The notes below the pieces were generated by a model that was not told the origin of the DNA, searched no databases, and saw nothing but the letters and a program-made list of their open reading frames with translations. DNA of 64,000 nt from an uncultured Streptococcus sp. (GTDB lineage Bacteria; Bacillota; Bacilli; Lactobacillales; Streptococcaceae): the NCBI GenBank assembly GCA_963533195.1, contig CAUSOG010000002.1, forward strand, positions 18,853 to 82,852, given 5' to 3'. A program made the translations under genes and the position numbers. Below, in pieces: positions 1 to 11,494 of the stretch. The stretch's first letter is position 1; each line of letters starts with the position of its first letter.

Positions 1-964
1 CTTTTGGAAAATACCGCACATAAATCTGACGCTCTTCTAGCTGCTGGAAAAGCTCTGCTGCAGAGATTCCACTAGGCTGGGCTAGGACAAAGTTAGTCTG
101 ACTAGGCAGGACTTGGAAATCCAGCGCAGCCAATTCCCCAGCAAACCAATCTCGGGTTTCTTGAATGGCACTACCGGTCTCCAGATAATAATCCCAATCT
201 TCCACTGCCGCAAGAGCCAAGCGCTCTGCTAACATATCCACTGAGTAAGGATTGATGGAGTCCTTGACAGCTTTCATGACAGCTATTAAGTCTGGATGAC
301 CAATACCATAGCCCACCCGCAGACCAGCCAAGGCCGCATCCTTGGAAAAGGTTCGTGTGATAAAGAGGTTGGGATAGGTTTCTAGCAGAGGCAGGGCAGA
401 TTGATTGCCAAAGTGAATATAGGCCTCATCCACCACCACTACCACATCCTGATTGGACGCCAGAATTTCCTCCAACTGATCCAGCGACAGATAAATCCCC
501 GTCGGAGCATTGGGATTGGCTAGGATAATGCCGCCATTGTCTCCAAAATAGTCGGAGGGATGGATCTCAAAATCAGCTGTCAGAGGGATTTCTCGAAAAG
601 GCACGTGGTAGAGGTCCGCCCAGACCTTGTAAAAACCATAGGTCAAATCCGGAAATAAGACCGACTCGCCGCTGTTAAAGAAAGCCAGGAAAGCCATGGA
701 CAAGATGTCGTCGCTGCCGTTACCAATAATGAGCTGGTCGGGTGATACACCCAAGTTTGTCGCCAAAGCCTGACAGAGCTCCGCCTGATCCAAACTGGAA
801 TACTTACGCAAGTCCTGGGCATCAAAGCTCTGCAGGGCCTCTGCCACCTTAGGACTCGGTCCATAAGCATTTTCATTGGTATTGAGCTTAATCATGTCTG
901 GCTCATTGGGCTGCTGCCCCGCTACATAAGGATTGATCTGCCTGAGACCTTTTAGCTTAACCAT
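1..964 (-). CDS. hisC: Histidinol-phosphate aminotransferase (3' end outside window)
   Basis: Manual translation from ATG at 964: [69 protein letters not shown] (PLP lysine motif); open to window edge. Confidence 0.93.
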   Translation of the reverse strand, partial: MVKLKGLRQINPYVAGQQPNEPDMIKLNTNENAYGPSPKVAEALQSFDAQDLRKYSSLDQAELCQALATNLGVSPDQLIIGNGSDDILSMAFLAFFNSGESVLFPDLTYGFYKVWADLYHVPFREIPLTADFEIHPSDYFGDNGGIILANPNAPTGIYLSLDQLEEILASNQDVVVVVDEAYIHFGNQSALPLLETYPNLFITRTFSKDAALAGLRVGYGIGHPDLIAVMKAVKDSINPYSVDMLAERLALAAVEDWDYYLETGSAIQETRDWFAGELAALDFQVLPSQTNFVLAQPSGISAAELFQQLEERQIYVRYFPK

Positions 965-1087
965 CTTGCCACCTCTCTTTCACACTAGCCATTATCTGAC
1001 ACTTACTTTAGAACTTCTAATAAATGAAAGACGAAATTTACCGCTTTGGTAACGGAAAATAGGGGAATCTTCTAGTTTAAATATAAT

Positions 1088-1345
1088 AAAAAGCCCTCGC
1101 AAAAAAACTTTGCAAGGACGTTGACACGTGGTTCCACCTTTATTCGAACCTCAGTCGCCTGAGGACCCTCTGGGAGTACAGGACTCCAGATTGATAACGG
1201 CAATCAGCCGTCGGACACTAGTCTCAGACTGCTGACTGATTTCGCATCCGCACTCAAGAATGTGTCGTCTAAGGATTGCATGCCATCTCACCATTAGGCA
1301 CTCTCTGTTTCTTGTCTTAGACTTTTTCTCTCATCGCTTTCAATT
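1088..1345 (-). promoter_or_regulatory. T-box riboswitch (His specifier) upstream of his operon
   Basis: Minus strand shows AGAGA..GGTGA stem I motifs, CAC codon at 1262-1264, T-box AAGGTGGAACCACG, then terminator hairpin and U tract. Confidence 0.88.
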
Positions 1346-1430
1346 TATTGTTGAATATTCTACATGAATTTTTATTAAAAAGCAAGAGGAAAATTGAAAA
1401 AAATTAATTATTTTTTCCTTTCTAAATAAA

Positions 1431-1736
1431 TTATCGTTCTTTCAGCATAGAGCTGGACAAATCTAACAGATTAATCGCTGTCTCAAAATGCTCCCCCATC
1501 AGGTCATAGACAGCATCTTCACTTAAGACGCCGCAAGCTATATTTTCAGGGAAATCCGGTCCATTCGAGAATTCTATATCATCAAAAAATTCCTGACCAA
1601 TATAATAGTCCCTCAACTGGATATAATCTGACTGGCAGCGCTCCAGCTCAGCTAAAGCTTCCTGGGCTCTTGCCAATACCTGAGAATATTTATTCAGGTG
1701 CTTTTCCATTTTTTGAATGCGTTCTAACTGTTCCAC
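1431..1736 (-). CDS. Small conserved protein (DUF4298-like)
   Basis: 101-aa ORF with CGVLSEDAVYDL motif. Confidence 0.7.
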   Translation of the reverse strand: MEQLERIQKMEKHLNKYSQVLARAQEALAELERCQSDYIQLRDYYIGQEFFDDIEFSNGPDFPENIACGVLSEDAVYDLMGEHFETAINLLDLSSSMLKER

Positions 1737-1769
1737 AGGCTTCTTTCCTTTCTGGACACGACAAACTAA

Positions 1770-4700
1770 TCAATCAACCTTAACCACTTGCAGCTGCTCA
1801 CCGCCTAGCAAAATCAAATATTTTTCAATTTGAGAAATGCCATAAGAGCGGCCGAGAGCTTGAGCATATAAGTCTAGCTGGCCATGGTAGCGAGCAATCA
1901 ACTCAGATGAATCCTTATATTTATCCGTCTTGTAATCAAAGAGGATAATCCGATCCTCAAAGAGCAGGTAACCATCCAAAATCCCCCGCAAAACAAATTC
2001 CTGACCACTAGCGTCATCCCTCTTGAGCATGGCAAACGGTGCTTCTCGACGAACTCTGTCACTGTTCTCAATCAAGAGTCGTCCCAAATCTGTCTCGAAG
2101 AAAGATGCAATCTTAGGCAGCTGAATCTGCTTTTTGACCGCGTCATCGGCCTGAACCTGAGCCAAGGCAGAACGAAGTACAGCCATGCTTGGACTGCTAT
2201 CCAAAGGAATTCGCTGCATGAGCTCATGAACGGCACTGCCGACTTGCGCTCCAGTCACTTTGGCTTTCTTGCCAAAATCAGGCAACTCAAAGCTAGGCTG
2301 AGGTCGAACAGCTGCTCGCTCATCCATGATATCCAGACCATCCGTATCCATGATTGGCTCATAAAACTTCTTAATCTGGCTTGGAGTTCGCACACTAGGC
2401 AGATCAATGGCAGAGCGGTACTGGCTATTGAGACGATCCACGCTTTCTAAAATATCCAGAGCCCGACAGATGTCGTCCGACTGACGATTATCTGCCAAAT
2501 CATCCGCTGGAAAGAGCACTGGCTCATTAATCTGCCCTATCTCTTCGGCAGTTAGCTCCTCATCAGTGACAAAACGGGTCTCGTAGGCAAGATTCTCATC
2601 AGAAAAAACAGCCTGAATAGCATAGAGCCAGTCTTGGAAATTACTGAGCTGGCTGCGCAGACTGGCAGACAAACGCCCTTGTTGGCTCTTGCCCCACTGA
2701 CGCTTATCCAAAACCTCCTGACTGCCCTTTCCGACCAGATAGAGCTTGGTTTCAGCCCGCGTCATGGCCACATAAAGCAAACGCATCTGCTCAGACAGAC
2801 TAGCCAACTGCAGCTCCGCTAGATTCTGCTGATAAGGCAGCGTATCCATGGAAATGCGCAGCTGATTCGGTGCATAGGGATCTTCCACAGACACCGATAC
2901 ATCAGCCACATACTTGATGCCGATTCCCTTGGTCCGGCTAAGGATAATGGCAGAGCTGCTATCCTGACGGTTGAAGGCCTTGTCCATATTGAGCAGGAAA
3001 ACATACTTGAACTCCAGCCCCTTACTCTTATGAATGGTCATGAGACGAACGGCGTCCTTAGGCGCCGCCACTGGCACACTAGCTAGATCATGCTGGTTTT
3101 CCAAGATACGGTCTATCATCCCGATAAAACGAGACAGGCCTTTAAAGCTAGACTTTTCATACTCATTAGCCCGCAAAGAGAGGGCATAGAGATTAGCCTG
3201 TCTCTGGGCACCATTGGCTAGAGTTCCCACCATGTCATAGTAGAAACGGTCCTGGTAGATCTTCCAAATCAAGTCATACAGCGAATGTGTCTTGGAATAG
3301 GTCCGCCAGCTTTGCAGGGTCTCATGGAAATGCTGCAGCTTTTTCTGCAGTTTCTCAATGACTAAAGCAGGATGCAAACCTCTTCCTTCAAGAGCATTGA
3401 CCAGCTTTTCATAAAGATTTTCCTGAGAATGTTCTTGACTGGCCTGCAGGGACAGCCGAGCCAGCTCGTCCTCACCAAAGTCAAACATGGGAGATTTGAG
3501 AAGGGCGGTCAGGGCATAGTCATTCAGCGGATTATTGATGGTCCGCAGGGTATCTAGCATGACTAAGACCTCAACCGACTGCAGATAATTTGCTGCGCCA
3601 TCATCTGGTACCAGCGGAATCTGGTGCTGCTCAAAGGCAGCTAAAATCAAATCATTGCGGGTTCTGGATGCCGTCAGCAGCGTAATATCTTTAAAAGCCA
3701 CTCCTTCTTCATTGTGCAGGCGGATGATTTCCTTGATGACTAGATCCACTTCCCCAGCTGATACTGCCTGTGGCAAGCCTTCATCCCCCTCCTCTTCCGG
3801 ATTCTCCTTGGAGCCTTCATAGATTAAGAAAGAAGCACGGTTAGCTGGATTAGGCTCACGTTTAGCTGGATTGCCAGCCACCAGATAGTGGGTTTCATTG
3901 TAGTCAATTTCCCCGACTTCTTCATCCATCAGATGTTTGAAAACATCGTTGGTCGCTTCCAGCACCTCAAGATGACTGCGGAAATTTTCCTTAAGGACGA
4001 TTAGCTTGCCCTGACTGCTATCCTCTTGATAAGCCTTAAACTTATCACTGAAAATCTGCGGATCCGCTTGACGGAAACGGTAGATAGACTGCTTGATATC
4101 CCCCACCATAAAGCGATTTTGCCCTCTTGACAGCAAGTCCAGCATGCGCTCCTGCGTGTGGTTGGTATCCTGATACTCATCCACCATGACCTCGTGGTAG
4201 CGTTCCTGATAAAAGCGACGCACCTCTGGGAATGTCTCTAAAATCTCAATAGCAAAATGGCTGATATCGCCAAATTCAAAGGCATTTTCTGCTTTCTTAC
4301 GCTCCAAGTAAGCCTGTGCAAAGTCCGCCACAAAGTCCCGCAGAAGCTCAACCAGAGGCAGGCACTCTTCCTGGTGCTGCTCAATAAAGTCCAGTTGATA
4401 AAGCTGCTGATCAAAGCTTCGCAGCCGCTCAATCATAGGCTTCCTGGCCTCATTGTAGTCCTTGGCCATTTCTTTTTTGAGCTCGTCTGCATTCTTGCCA
4501 ACCCGAGCTGTAAAGGCCTGGCCATTGGATAGTTGGGAAAGTGCCACAATCTGTTTGAGAACCTGAGCTGTCTCCTCTATCGGTGACAGTTCATTCAGGC
4601 TTGCTAAGACGGTCAGAGCATCTTGGACATTTTCCTGATATTTAGCACCCGCAAATTCTCTTCCTTCATGCTCCAAATGAGCAGAAAAGAAAGCTTCCAG

Positions 4701-5444
4701 CTCCCAAAGGGCTGATTTGATTTGACCGAATATCCGCTCTCTCTCTGCTGCAAAGTCACTGTGCTCATAGCCATAGAGGAAGGTTTCTTCCAGCCAGCGC
4801 TGAGGGTTGCTGGTTGACTGCAGAAAACTGTAAATCCGATAAACTTGCTCCCGAAAGCCTGATAAATCCTTGCGCTTACCAGTAAAGTTCTTTACCAAAC
4901 GGCTAAACAAAGCCTGACGCTCGCTGTCATAGTAACGGTCAAATAGTTGGCTAAAGACTTCATTTTGCAGAATCAGCTGCTCACTGGCAGATTGGAGAAT
5001 CCGAAAATTCGGTGCTAAACCAAGCAGGTAACCATAACGACTAAGCACTTTCTGGGTAAAGGCGTCCATGGTACCGATATCCGCATTGGGCAGGTCAGCT
5101 AATTGCTGGGCCAAATGTTGCTTGAGTTCAGGACTCTCGGCCTCTTTCAAGGCCTGCCCCAGTTCCTTCTCCAGCCTCTCTTTTAGCTCGCCTGCCGCCT
5201 TAACAGTGAAGGTCGAGATAAAGAGCTGGCTGACAGCAACACCTCTAAGAATCTGGTCTATAATCCGCTGGACCATGACAAAAGTCTTACCCGATCCGGC
5301 CGAAGCGGAGACCAGAATATTCTGGCCAGAGGAATAGATGGCCTCAATCTGCTCTGCCGTCTTTTTCTGTGGCTTGTCCGAAGCAGCTTCTTGGGCTTGC
5401 TTAAGAGCAATTTCTTCTGCAGTTAAAAAAGGAATTCTCTTCAT
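1770..5444 (-). CDS. addA: ATP-dependent helicase/nuclease subunit A (AddA/RexA)
   Basis: ASAGSGKT Walker [18 protein letters not shown]-terminal DYKTD nuclease motif. Confidence 0.97.
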   Translation of the reverse strand: MKRIPFLTAEEIALKQAQEAASDKPQKKTAEQIEAIYSSGQNILVSASAGSGKTFVMVQRIIDQILRGVAVSQLFISTFTVKAAGELKERLEKELGQALKEAESPELKQHLAQQLADLPNADIGTMDAFTQKVLSRYGYLLGLAPNFRILQSASEQLILQNEVFSQLFDRYYDSERQALFSRLVKNFTGKRKDLSGFREQVYRIYSFLQSTSNPQRWLEETFLYGYEHSDFAAERERIFGQIKSALWELEAFFSAHLEHEGREFAGAKYQENVQDALTVLASLNELSPIEETAQVLKQIVALSQLSNGQAFTARVGKNADELKKEMAKDYNEARKPMIERLRSFDQQLYQLDFIEQHQEECLPLVELLRDFVADFAQAYLERKKAENAFEFGDISHFAIEILETFPEVRRFYQERYHEVMVDEYQDTNHTQERMLDLLSRGQNRFMVGDIKQSIYRFRQADPQIFSDKFKAYQEDSSQGKLIVLKENFRSHLEVLEATNDVFKHLMDEEVGEIDYNETHYLVAGNPAKREPNPANRASFLIYEGSKENPEEEGDEGLPQAVSAGEVDLVIKEIIRLHNEEGVAFKDITLLTASRTRNDLILAAFEQHQIPLVPDDGAANYLQSVEVLVMLDTLRTINNPLNDYALTALLKSPMFDFGEDELARLSLQASQEHSQENLYEKLVNALEGRGLHPALVIEKLQKKLQHFHETLQSWRTYSKTHSLYDLIWKIYQDRFYYDMVGTLANGAQRQANLYALSLRANEYEKSSFKGLSRFIGMIDRILENQHDLASVPVAAPKDAVRLMTIHKSKGLEFKYVFLLNMDKAFNRQDSSSAIILSRTKGIGIKYVADVSVSVEDPYAPNQLRISMDTLPYQQNLAELQLASLSEQMRLLYVAMTRAETKLYLVGKGSQEVLDKRQWGKSQQGRLSASLRSQLSNFQDWLYAIQAVFSDENLAYETRFVTDEELTAEEIGQINEPVLFPADDLADNRQSDDICRALDILESVDRLNSQYRSAIDLPSVRTPSQIKKFYEPIMDTDGLDIMDERAAVRPQPSFELPDFGKKAKVTGAQVGSAVHELMQRIPLDSSPSMAVLRSALAQVQADDAVKKQIQLPKIASFFETDLGRLLIENSDRVRREAPFAMLKRDDASGQEFVLRGILDGYLLFEDRIILFDYKTDKYKDSSELIARYHGQLDLYAQALGRSYGISQIEKYLILLGGEQLQVVKVD

Positions 5445-8400
5445 TTTTCCATCTCCTCCCTCATCTTTTCTAGCCAGGCCTGGCGTAGCTTCTCACTAGT
5501 CGGCCGCCTATCAAACTTGCTTGCATCCAGCTTTTCCAGCTGGCGTGCCTGTCCTAGGTGGAGATTGGCTTCAAAGCCTGTAATGGCCTTAAACTGCTCT
5601 ACATAAGGAGCAATGCTGCGCCCATTCTCTGTATAAGGATTAACTGCAAAATGGCCTGATAGAATGCCTTCTGCAGCTTTTTTGTAGAGATAAGCATTGT
5701 AGGCCAACAGCAAGTCCAAGTCTTCCTGACTCAGCAAGTTTGTCTTATTTTTCTCATAGAGCGGACCAAGTTCCTTGACAGCATCAGCCACAAAAAGTCC
5801 CTTGTACCGGAGTGGCTTCATAGACTGACTGACTGCATCCGCCAAGGTCTTGGTATCTTTAAGCGCCACAATCGGATCGGTCATCTGCAAATACATGGCA
5901 CCAAATGTTCCCTTATCTTCTTGATAGTCTGCTAAGTCCTCAATCGCTGCCAGATAGGTCGGCAGCTGAGAATTCAACCCATTAAAGAACTTCTCAAAGC
6001 TAAACTTAATATCGCCAGACTTATAGTCAACCACTCCCAGACTCTCGGTCTTGGTCAGACGGTCAATCCGGTCCACCTTACCGCTCACGGTTACTGCTCT
6101 GCCATTTTCCAAGGTCAGGAAAGGCTTAGAAGCAGATCCAAAGCCAGTCTCCTCACCAATGGTCTCAATCCCAGTTGGATGAGCCAGCACACGGCCAGTC
6201 GCCCGCGCCGTATCCAGCAAGAGCTGGCGGGCAAAACGAGTTTGGCCTGACTCACTGTAGATGCTCTCAAACTCAGCCTCTCGGCTGGTCTCTTCCATAG
6301 CCTGCGCTAAACGCCGGTCAAAATCGGCAGACGAATCATCCTGCAAAACCTTTTCAAAGATCCGGTGAAGGAAAATCCCGTGACTGCGAGCATCTGGATG
6401 AATGGTCCACTCTTCCTGCAGGCGCAGAACATACTTGAGAAAATAAGCATACTGATGCCGGAAATATTCGTTGAGAGCAGAGGCTGAAAGTCGGAGAGGC
6501 TCCTCCTGAGGGTAAAGGGCTTGCAGAGTTTCTGGCTGCAGAGACTCCGTTTGCAGTTCCTTGCTGATTTGCGGAATGCTGATGCCTTCTGCTGCTAATT
6601 TCTTGCGCAGAACCCGCACAGCCACTGCCCAAAAAGTCTGCTCCTCCGTTGTCCACTCTCGATCAATCTCCTCTTGGTGGAGCTCGATGATTTGAGACAA
6701 GAGAGCACGGTAGCTGCCAATATCGTCACTAGAAGCCTGAGGCTTTTTGACAATGATGGGCAAAGAAAGGGGAGCAGCAGTCAATTCCAGCAGATAGGTC
6801 GACATACTGTCCTCTACTTCATTGACCAAGGCCGGCGCAGACAAGACCAGCTCTCTGGTAGCAGAATTCATCAGCGACAGAGCCGTATAGCGATTCTTCT
6901 TGAGATTCTCAGAGCTGGCAATCTGGAGTTCCGCCTGAGAATCCGTTGCGTCATTGAGCCGAGCCCGGTCTTCATCACTGAGCAAACTCTTGTTTTGCGC
7001 GATTTTCGGGAAGCGCTCTTGAGTCAGTCCAATCGCATAGACATAAGGAGCTGCTAAAGGCTCTATCAGGTCATAAGACTGGACCTTAACCACATCTACT
7101 GTCGCTGGCACTGTCCGATAGTTGGACAAAAGCATACCTGACAAGACCAAGGCTAGAAAGTCGTCCAGTTTGACCTTGCTATCTGCAAAGACCTGAGCAA
7201 ACTGCTCTAGAACATGACTGAAAGCCTTCCAGACTTCCTCATGGCGCTCCTGCTCCTGCTGACTTGCTCCCTGCAGCAGAGCTGTCAAATTATCCGACAA
7301 ACGGGCTGCTTGGACGAACTCCGTAAACTTAGCTAAGAGCCCCGACGCCGTCTGACTGCGGGATTTGAAAAAGTCTTGCAGTGGAGTCATAACCTGACGA
7401 CGAATATGATTAAGACGGTCTAGGTCAAATTTCCCTTGGCTATTGGCCGTGAAATCCTTAGCTAGCTTGCCTGCACCCTTGATATCCGCAAAGCGCAGAT
7501 ATTGCTCAAAATGATCCAGCTCCTCCTGATTCAAATCGCCGTAGAGACCTGTCTTTAAGAGATTGAGCAAGTCTTCCAGTTGGAAATTATAGCGCTTGAG
7601 CCGCTCCAAGGACTCGACAAACTGAACCAGCGGATGCTGGGCCATCGACTCGCTCCGCCCCAGATAGTAGGGAATCTGATACTGGTCAAAAATGGTCTTG
7701 AGCTGAAGCTGGTAGGCTTCCACATCTCCCAAAAGCAGACGAATATCCTTATAGTGCACACCATCATGAACCCGCTGCCGGATGGACTTAGCCACAAACT
7801 CCAGCTCTTCTTTCTGGTTCATAGTAGCCCAAATTTGAAGCTGTGAGCGGTCTGTCTCACTAAGACTAACCGTTGATTCTGAAAAGTCATAACGACTCTC
7901 CAAGACCTTAGAAATCCGTCCAAAGGCATCTTCTGCTTCCGCATGAGAGATATAGTCAGGTTTGACCTGATAATCCTCGGCCAGTTTTCTCAGAAAATCC
8001 ACGCTGGCTTGATAGAGATTGCCCTCACGAAAGGCTGCTCGATAGGCTTTTTGACTGGCATAAGTCCCAATAACAATCTCCACACCTTTCCGATGCAGGA
8101 GACTGACCAGATATTCCTCTTCGGCAGAAAAACGCGTAAAGCCGTCAATGACCAAGGCCAAATCTGCCAATTCCTCATCTGTATCGCCAGCCAGAATATG
8201 CTGGGCAAAAGCAGCAATCTGAGAAGATGAATCAAAATCGCCCTTATTGAGAGCAGCAGTCACCTCTGTAAAAATCTTGACCAGATCCTCCCGCTTCTCA
8301 GGCTCCTCGAGAAATTCCAGATCCGCAAAGGACATCTGGGCGGTCTGCAGTTCATGGTAAAGATCCATCAATTGCTGGATAAACTGGGGATCCTTCTTAA

Positions 8401-8722
8401 TTCTGCCATAGATCTTAAGCTCTCCATCATCTAACTCTGTCAAGGTCCGATAAATCAGCATTCCCAGACCAATATCGTCCAAACTCTGCCCGTGCCGAAC
8501 ATCATTAAGGACAAAATACCGAGCCATCTGGGCAAAGCGCGTCACCGTAATGGCAAAGGAAGCCTGATTTTCTAAACACTCCAAAACCGCCCGCTCCTTC
8601 TCAAAAGAAAGCGAATTAGGCGCAATATAAAAGACTCGCTTACCAGCCGCCACCAAGCTCTCAGCCTCCGCCACCAAGACCTTGGTCAAAGAATGGCGAA
8701 TATCTGTATAAAGTAATTTCAT
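5441..8722 (-). CDS. rexB: ATP-dependent nuclease subunit B (RexB/AddB)
   Basis: 1093 aa, GKVDRID..VVDYKS nuclease motif, overlaps addA start. Confidence 0.96.
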   Translation of the reverse strand: MKLLYTDIRHSLTKVLVAEAESLVAAGKRVFYIAPNSLSFEKERAVLECLENQASFAITVTRFAQMARYFVLNDVRHGQSLDDIGLGMLIYRTLTELDDGELKIYGRIKKDPQFIQQLMDLYHELQTAQMSFADLEFLEEPEKREDLVKIFTEVTAALNKGDFDSSSQIAAFAQHILAGDTDEELADLALVIDGFTRFSAEEEYLVSLLHRKGVEIVIGTYASQKAYRAAFREGNLYQASVDFLRKLAEDYQVKPDYISHAEAEDAFGRISKVLESRYDFSESTVSLSETDRSQLQIWATMNQKEELEFVAKSIRQRVHDGVHYKDIRLLLGDVEAYQLQLKTIFDQYQIPYYLGRSESMAQHPLVQFVESLERLKRYNFQLEDLLNLLKTGLYGDLNQEELDHFEQYLRFADIKGAGKLAKDFTANSQGKFDLDRLNHIRRQVMTPLQDFFKSRSQTASGLLAKFTEFVQAARLSDNLTALLQGASQQEQERHEEVWKAFSHVLEQFAQVFADSKVKLDDFLALVLSGMLLSNYRTVPATVDVVKVQSYDLIEPLAAPYVYAIGLTQERFPKIAQNKSLLSDEDRARLNDATDSQAELQIASSENLKKNRYTALSLMNSATRELVLSAPALVNEVEDSMSTYLLELTAAPLSLPIIVKKPQASSDDIGSYRALLSQIIELHQEEIDREWTTEEQTFWAVAVRVLRKKLAAEGISIPQISKELQTESLQPETLQALYPQEEPLRLSASALNEYFRHQYAYFLKYVLRLQEEWTIHPDARSHGIFLHRIFEKVLQDDSSADFDRRLAQAMEETSREAEFESIYSESGQTRFARQLLLDTARATGRVLAHPTGIETIGEETGFGSASKPFLTLENGRAVTVSGKVDRIDRLTKTESLGVVDYKSGDIKFSFEKFFNGLNSQLPTYLAAIEDLADYQEDKGTFGAMYLQMTDPIVALKDTKTLADAVSQSMKPLRYKGLFVADAVKELGPLYEKNKTNLLSQEDLDLLLAYNAYLYKKAAEGILSGHFAVNPYTENGRSIAPYVEQFKAITGFEANLHLGQARQLEKLDASKFDRRPTSEKLRQAWLEKMREEMEK

Positions 8723-8923
8723 AGCCTGCCTTTTCCTCTAGAAAATATAGGAACATTATACCATTTTTACCGATAATTCTCATGAGCTATACTTTCAAAG
8801 CCGGGGCAAACTTTATCGCTAAAATAGTACTTCTCTGACAAGCATGCCGCACCAAGAAATAAATGAAAAAGCCACTGCCTCCAGTGACTTCCTAAAGTCT
8901 CTTACTTCTTTACAAGTAAGTGC

Positions 8924-9235
8924 TCACTTGATCTTATGCTTATTCATCTTTTCTTCAAAAATGCTTGCCATAATCACGCGCAATTCTTCTCTTTCCTTGT
9001 CAGGAAGTTCACCTTGCTGCTTGGCGACAGCGTACAAATCAGGATATTGCTTAGCAACTCGCTCAACCGTCTTGGTCGTTGCATGCCCTCTCACGAAGAA
9101 AGGAATCCTCTTAATCCACTCTTGGGGCACAAGTGCTAGAATCTTTTTGGCAGCTTCCTTATCGGAAATTTCTGCAGTGCTAAGCCCTTGATTAATCTGC
9201 TCCTGTTCCTTTTCTGTAAAATCTTTTAATTCCAT
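8924..9235 (-). CDS. Hypothetical protein
   Basis: 103-aa ORF preceded by GGAG RBS. Confidence 0.65.
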   Translation of the reverse strand: MELKDFTEKEQEQINQGLSTAEISDKEAAKKILALVPQEWIKRIPFFVRGHATTKTVERVAKQYPDLYAVAKQQGELPDKEREELRVIMASIFEEKMNKHKIK

Positions 9236-9281
9236 ACGCTAAATCTCCCGGTTCTATTTTCTTAATGCTAACTGAAGCACA

Positions 9282-10127
9282 CTATTTACCCTCTACCCAC
9301 TTATCATTGTCCATGATAAAAGGTTTGGCCAGTCCTTCTCCTGTGTAGTCCTTATATTTTGTCTGCAAGTATTTGTAGACATCTTCCTTGGTCGCAAACT
9401 TGATTGCCTGATAAGGCTCTTCAAAGGTCAGCTTTTCGATAAATAAATAGCCATCTTTATCTGGAACCAAGACGCCAACATGCCCTACAAAGAGAGAATC
9501 ACCATCAAGATTGTCGTGGACTATGACAGAAAGCATCCTCGCCTTTTCGCTAAACTTGAACTGTTTGAAGTATTCCTCCATCTTCTTAGCATGGACTTTT
9601 ACATCTTGAGTCGCTTCAGTCTTGACTCTTGAAAATAGGATATTAAAATCTTCCTTCTCCTTGGCATCAAAGAGCTTCCCCTTGTCAATCGAATCATTAT
9701 CTATGAACAAGAGTTCATCATCTTTTTCAATTTGAGGAATTTCGATGCTATTTTTCAGCAAAGTATAGGTATTAATCCGACAATTTGTCCCGATAAAATC
9801 ACCCTTCTTTGCCTGCCATAGAGGATTGATTTTTTCTACATCATATTCGGTTTTGGTAAACTTAGTGAAATCGCCCGTTAATCCAGTAGAGCCAACAAGT
9901 CCATTGTAGTCATTGACTAGATTGACAAAGTTATCGACACTGTCTTTATCCAAGTCGGCAGCCAACAAATTCTTGACTTCTTCGACACTTTTTTTACTGT
10001 TTAGATTTGAATAAGTCGATGTATTTTGACTTGTTTCTTTATTTTTCTGCGAACTAGCACATGCTGCCAGCCCCAAAGCCATAGCCAGGCAGGCACAGGA
10101 CATGATTATTTTACTATATTTTTTCAT
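9282..10127 (-). CDS. Lipoprotein (DUF4300-like)
   Basis: Start moved to MKKYSK; lipobox LAAC; NCRIN and FVGHVGVL motifs. Confidence 0.75.
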   Translation of the reverse strand: MKKYSKIIMSCACLAMALGLAACASSQKNKETSQNTSTYSNLNSKKSVEEVKNLLAADLDKDSVDNFVNLVNDYNGLVGSTGLTGDFTKFTKTEYDVEKINPLWQAKKGDFIGTNCRINTYTLLKNSIEIPQIEKDDELLFIDNDSIDKGKLFDAKEKEDFNILFSRVKTEATQDVKVHAKKMEEYFKQFKFSEKARMLSVIVHDNLDGDSLFVGHVGVLVPDKDGYLFIEKLTFEEPYQAIKFATKEDVYKYLQTKYKDYTGEGLAKPFIMDNDKWVEGK

Positions 10128-10161
10128 ATTTTTTTCTTCTCCACTACTCGTATTCAATTAA

Positions 10162-10704
10162 TTACTTTAATTTACAATTTTTCTGATGAGCCTTCAACTT
10201 TTTCATGGCCCAGTCATAATGACTGGAGGTAGCACTTACAAAATAGGAACCTAGTACAGTCCCTCCGACCCATTTATAGACATTTTTTGAAAATAATTCT
10301 TCGTTCGTAAATGTTTCTGCCAAGTCCAAAACATCTTGATGCGACTGACGAAAGATTTCAGTCGCATCTTCAAGAGAAGTATTCTGATGTTTCTTCCAAA
10401 ATTCCAGATTCAGCTCTCCATAAGTCTTCCAGTTATAGGGAGCAGGAAGAAAAGGCTGCTCTTGCCCCTTTTGATTGGAATGCACCCAATTCAACAAGAG
10501 CTGATGCCACTCATAGAGGTGAATCAAAACATCTCTTAGATTTTTATCTCGTCTCCAATGGGCCTCTTTCTTCTTTTCATCCCGAGAAAAATCAAAGGGA
10601 GTGTTTAGTTCCTCATCAGACAGTTTGGAGATGAGAGTTTGTAGTTTCCCATAGTTTACTTTAGCAGCCAGAATCAAATCTTCTTTAGTTTTCGGTCTGG
10701 GCAT
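10162..10704 (-). CDS. ClbS/DfsB family (DUF1706) helical bundle protein
   Basis: MPRPKTKEDL N-terminus, RDKNLRDVLIHLYEWH, TSSHYDWA. Confidence 0.85.
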   Translation of the reverse strand: MPRPKTKEDLILAAKVNYGKLQTLISKLSDEELNTPFDFSRDEKKKEAHWRRDKNLRDVLIHLYEWHQLLLNWVHSNQKGQEQPFLPAPYNWKTYGELNLEFWKKHQNTSLEDATEIFRQSHQDVLDLAETFTNEELFSKNVYKWVGGTVLGSYFVSATSSHYDWAMKKLKAHQKNCKLK

Positions 10705-10732
10705 AAGATTGCACTCCTTGCATAGTTAAAGC

Positions 10733-11143
10733 TTAATCGTTATTATTACGAAATGAATGTTCAGAAACCCATTTTGAGTAGCTTTTTAAATTTTGCTCAG
10801 ACAGTGATTCAACCGCTATTCTTACACACATTTCAACTGCTTCTTCAAGCGTAACAGCAAAATGATAACCGTTTAATCGTAAAAATTTTACTAAGACATA
10901 AAAAGCCGTTCGTTTATTAGCACTAGCAAAAACATGCTTTTTTATCAATTGAACAAATAAAATTGTCGCCTTATCAAATATTGATGGATAAAGAGGTTTT
11001 CCAAAAACAAATTGTTCAGGTAAGTTCACAATCATATTTAGTGCTGATGGACTAATCATCTTGATTTGTTCTTTTGGAGAATAGCGCTGAATAACTAAAG
11101 TATTAATCTTTTCAATTTGAATTTCTGTTAAATAGACTGTCAT
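10733..11143 (-). CDS. Type II TA toxin, Doc/Fic family
   Basis: HVFASANKRTA Fic/Doc-type motif; overlaps antitoxin stop. Confidence 0.88.
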   Translation of the reverse strand: MTVYLTEIQIEKINTLVIQRYSPKEQIKMISPSALNMIVNLPEQFVFGKPLYPSIFDKATILFVQLIKKHVFASANKRTAFYVLVKFLRLNGYHFAVTLEEAVEMCVRIAVESLSEQNLKSYSKWVSEHSFRNNND

Positions 11144-11376
11144 TTTTCCACCAAAGCTTTAAAAATATCGTTGTATTCATCAAAAATATTATCTAAATCC
11201 AATTCAAAAGATTCGTCCGAAATATAAGTAACCTGATTTTCAGTCTTTTCCGGAGTAAAGACAATTTCGCCACTCGGTAACAATTTAGCATCGTAATGCA
11301 CGCCACTCGGAATATTAAATTCACTTGGAATCGTTATTGTTATAGAATTCCCTTGTTTTCTAGTTTTTACTGCCAT
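11140..11376 (-). CDS. AbrB/MazE-type antitoxin
   Basis: KTRKQGNSITITIP swapped-hairpin N-terminus, acidic C-terminus. Confidence 0.88.
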   Translation of the reverse strand: MAVKTRKQGNSITITIPSEFNIPSGVHYDAKLLPSGEIVFTPEKTENQVTYISDESFELDLDNIFDEYNDIFKALVEK

Positions 11377-11494
11377 CTTGCTTCCTCCTAAGGGATATTA
11401 TAACAGATAATTACAGTAATTACAAAATAGAATAATCTTTCGACTTATCTTATTTAGAATACATCATGGGATTAAGATATTAGCTAAACACATC

